The translations under genes were made by a program, and so were the position numbers. From positions 11,834 to 25,776 of the forward strand of contig JBBITJ010000013.1 of NCBI GenBank assembly GCA_037440825.1: a DNA stretch of 13,943 nt, given 5' to 3'. Below, one piece after another: positions 13,943 through 13,943 of the stretch; the first letter of the stretch is position 1, and the number at the start of each line of letters is the position of its first letter. This stretch comes from Candidatus Micrarchaeota archaeon (lineage in GTDB: Archaea; Micrarchaeota; Micrarchaeia; Anstonellales; Bilamarchaeaceae). The notes below the pieces were generated by a model. It did no database searches and had not been told where the DNA came from. It was given only the letters and a program-made list of their open reading frames with translations.

Positions 13943-13943
13943 G

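Noticed and set aside
1..13943. CRISPR array, transposase, integrase or provirus at the tRNA
   Set aside because: No regularly spaced 25-45 bp repeats, no recombinase motifs, and no duplicated tRNA 3' end within the window.

Overview
Core-genome window of an archaeon, most likely DPANN and Micrarchaeota-like. This is inferred from the unfused priL-priS pair, group II chaperonin, class III signal-peptide protein, TATA promoters with mostly leaderless starts, and an intron-containing tRNA. Gene order: end of a membrane-anchored protein (+); tRNA-Ser(GCT) with a 42-nt intron (-), preceded by a 106-nt rod-like putative RNA; tandem ACT protein; nnrD; priL; priS (+); SecB-like protein and TPR-AAA+ ATPase (-); pilin-like protein (+); degenerate HisA-like barrel (-); thermosome (+); a broken small membrane-protein gene, CPA2 Na+/H+ antiporter, hisS and an orphan (-); patatin-like lipase (+); 3' end of a probable CTP synthase (-). 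The most unusual signal is a dispersed family of degenerate heptamer (GAAACNN-like) arrays. They make up most of the tRNA intron (42 nt = 6x7) and an in-frame 63-nt (9x7) segment in the pilin leader peptide, and recur in two non-coding regions. All positions were read by hand; no searches or folding programs were run.
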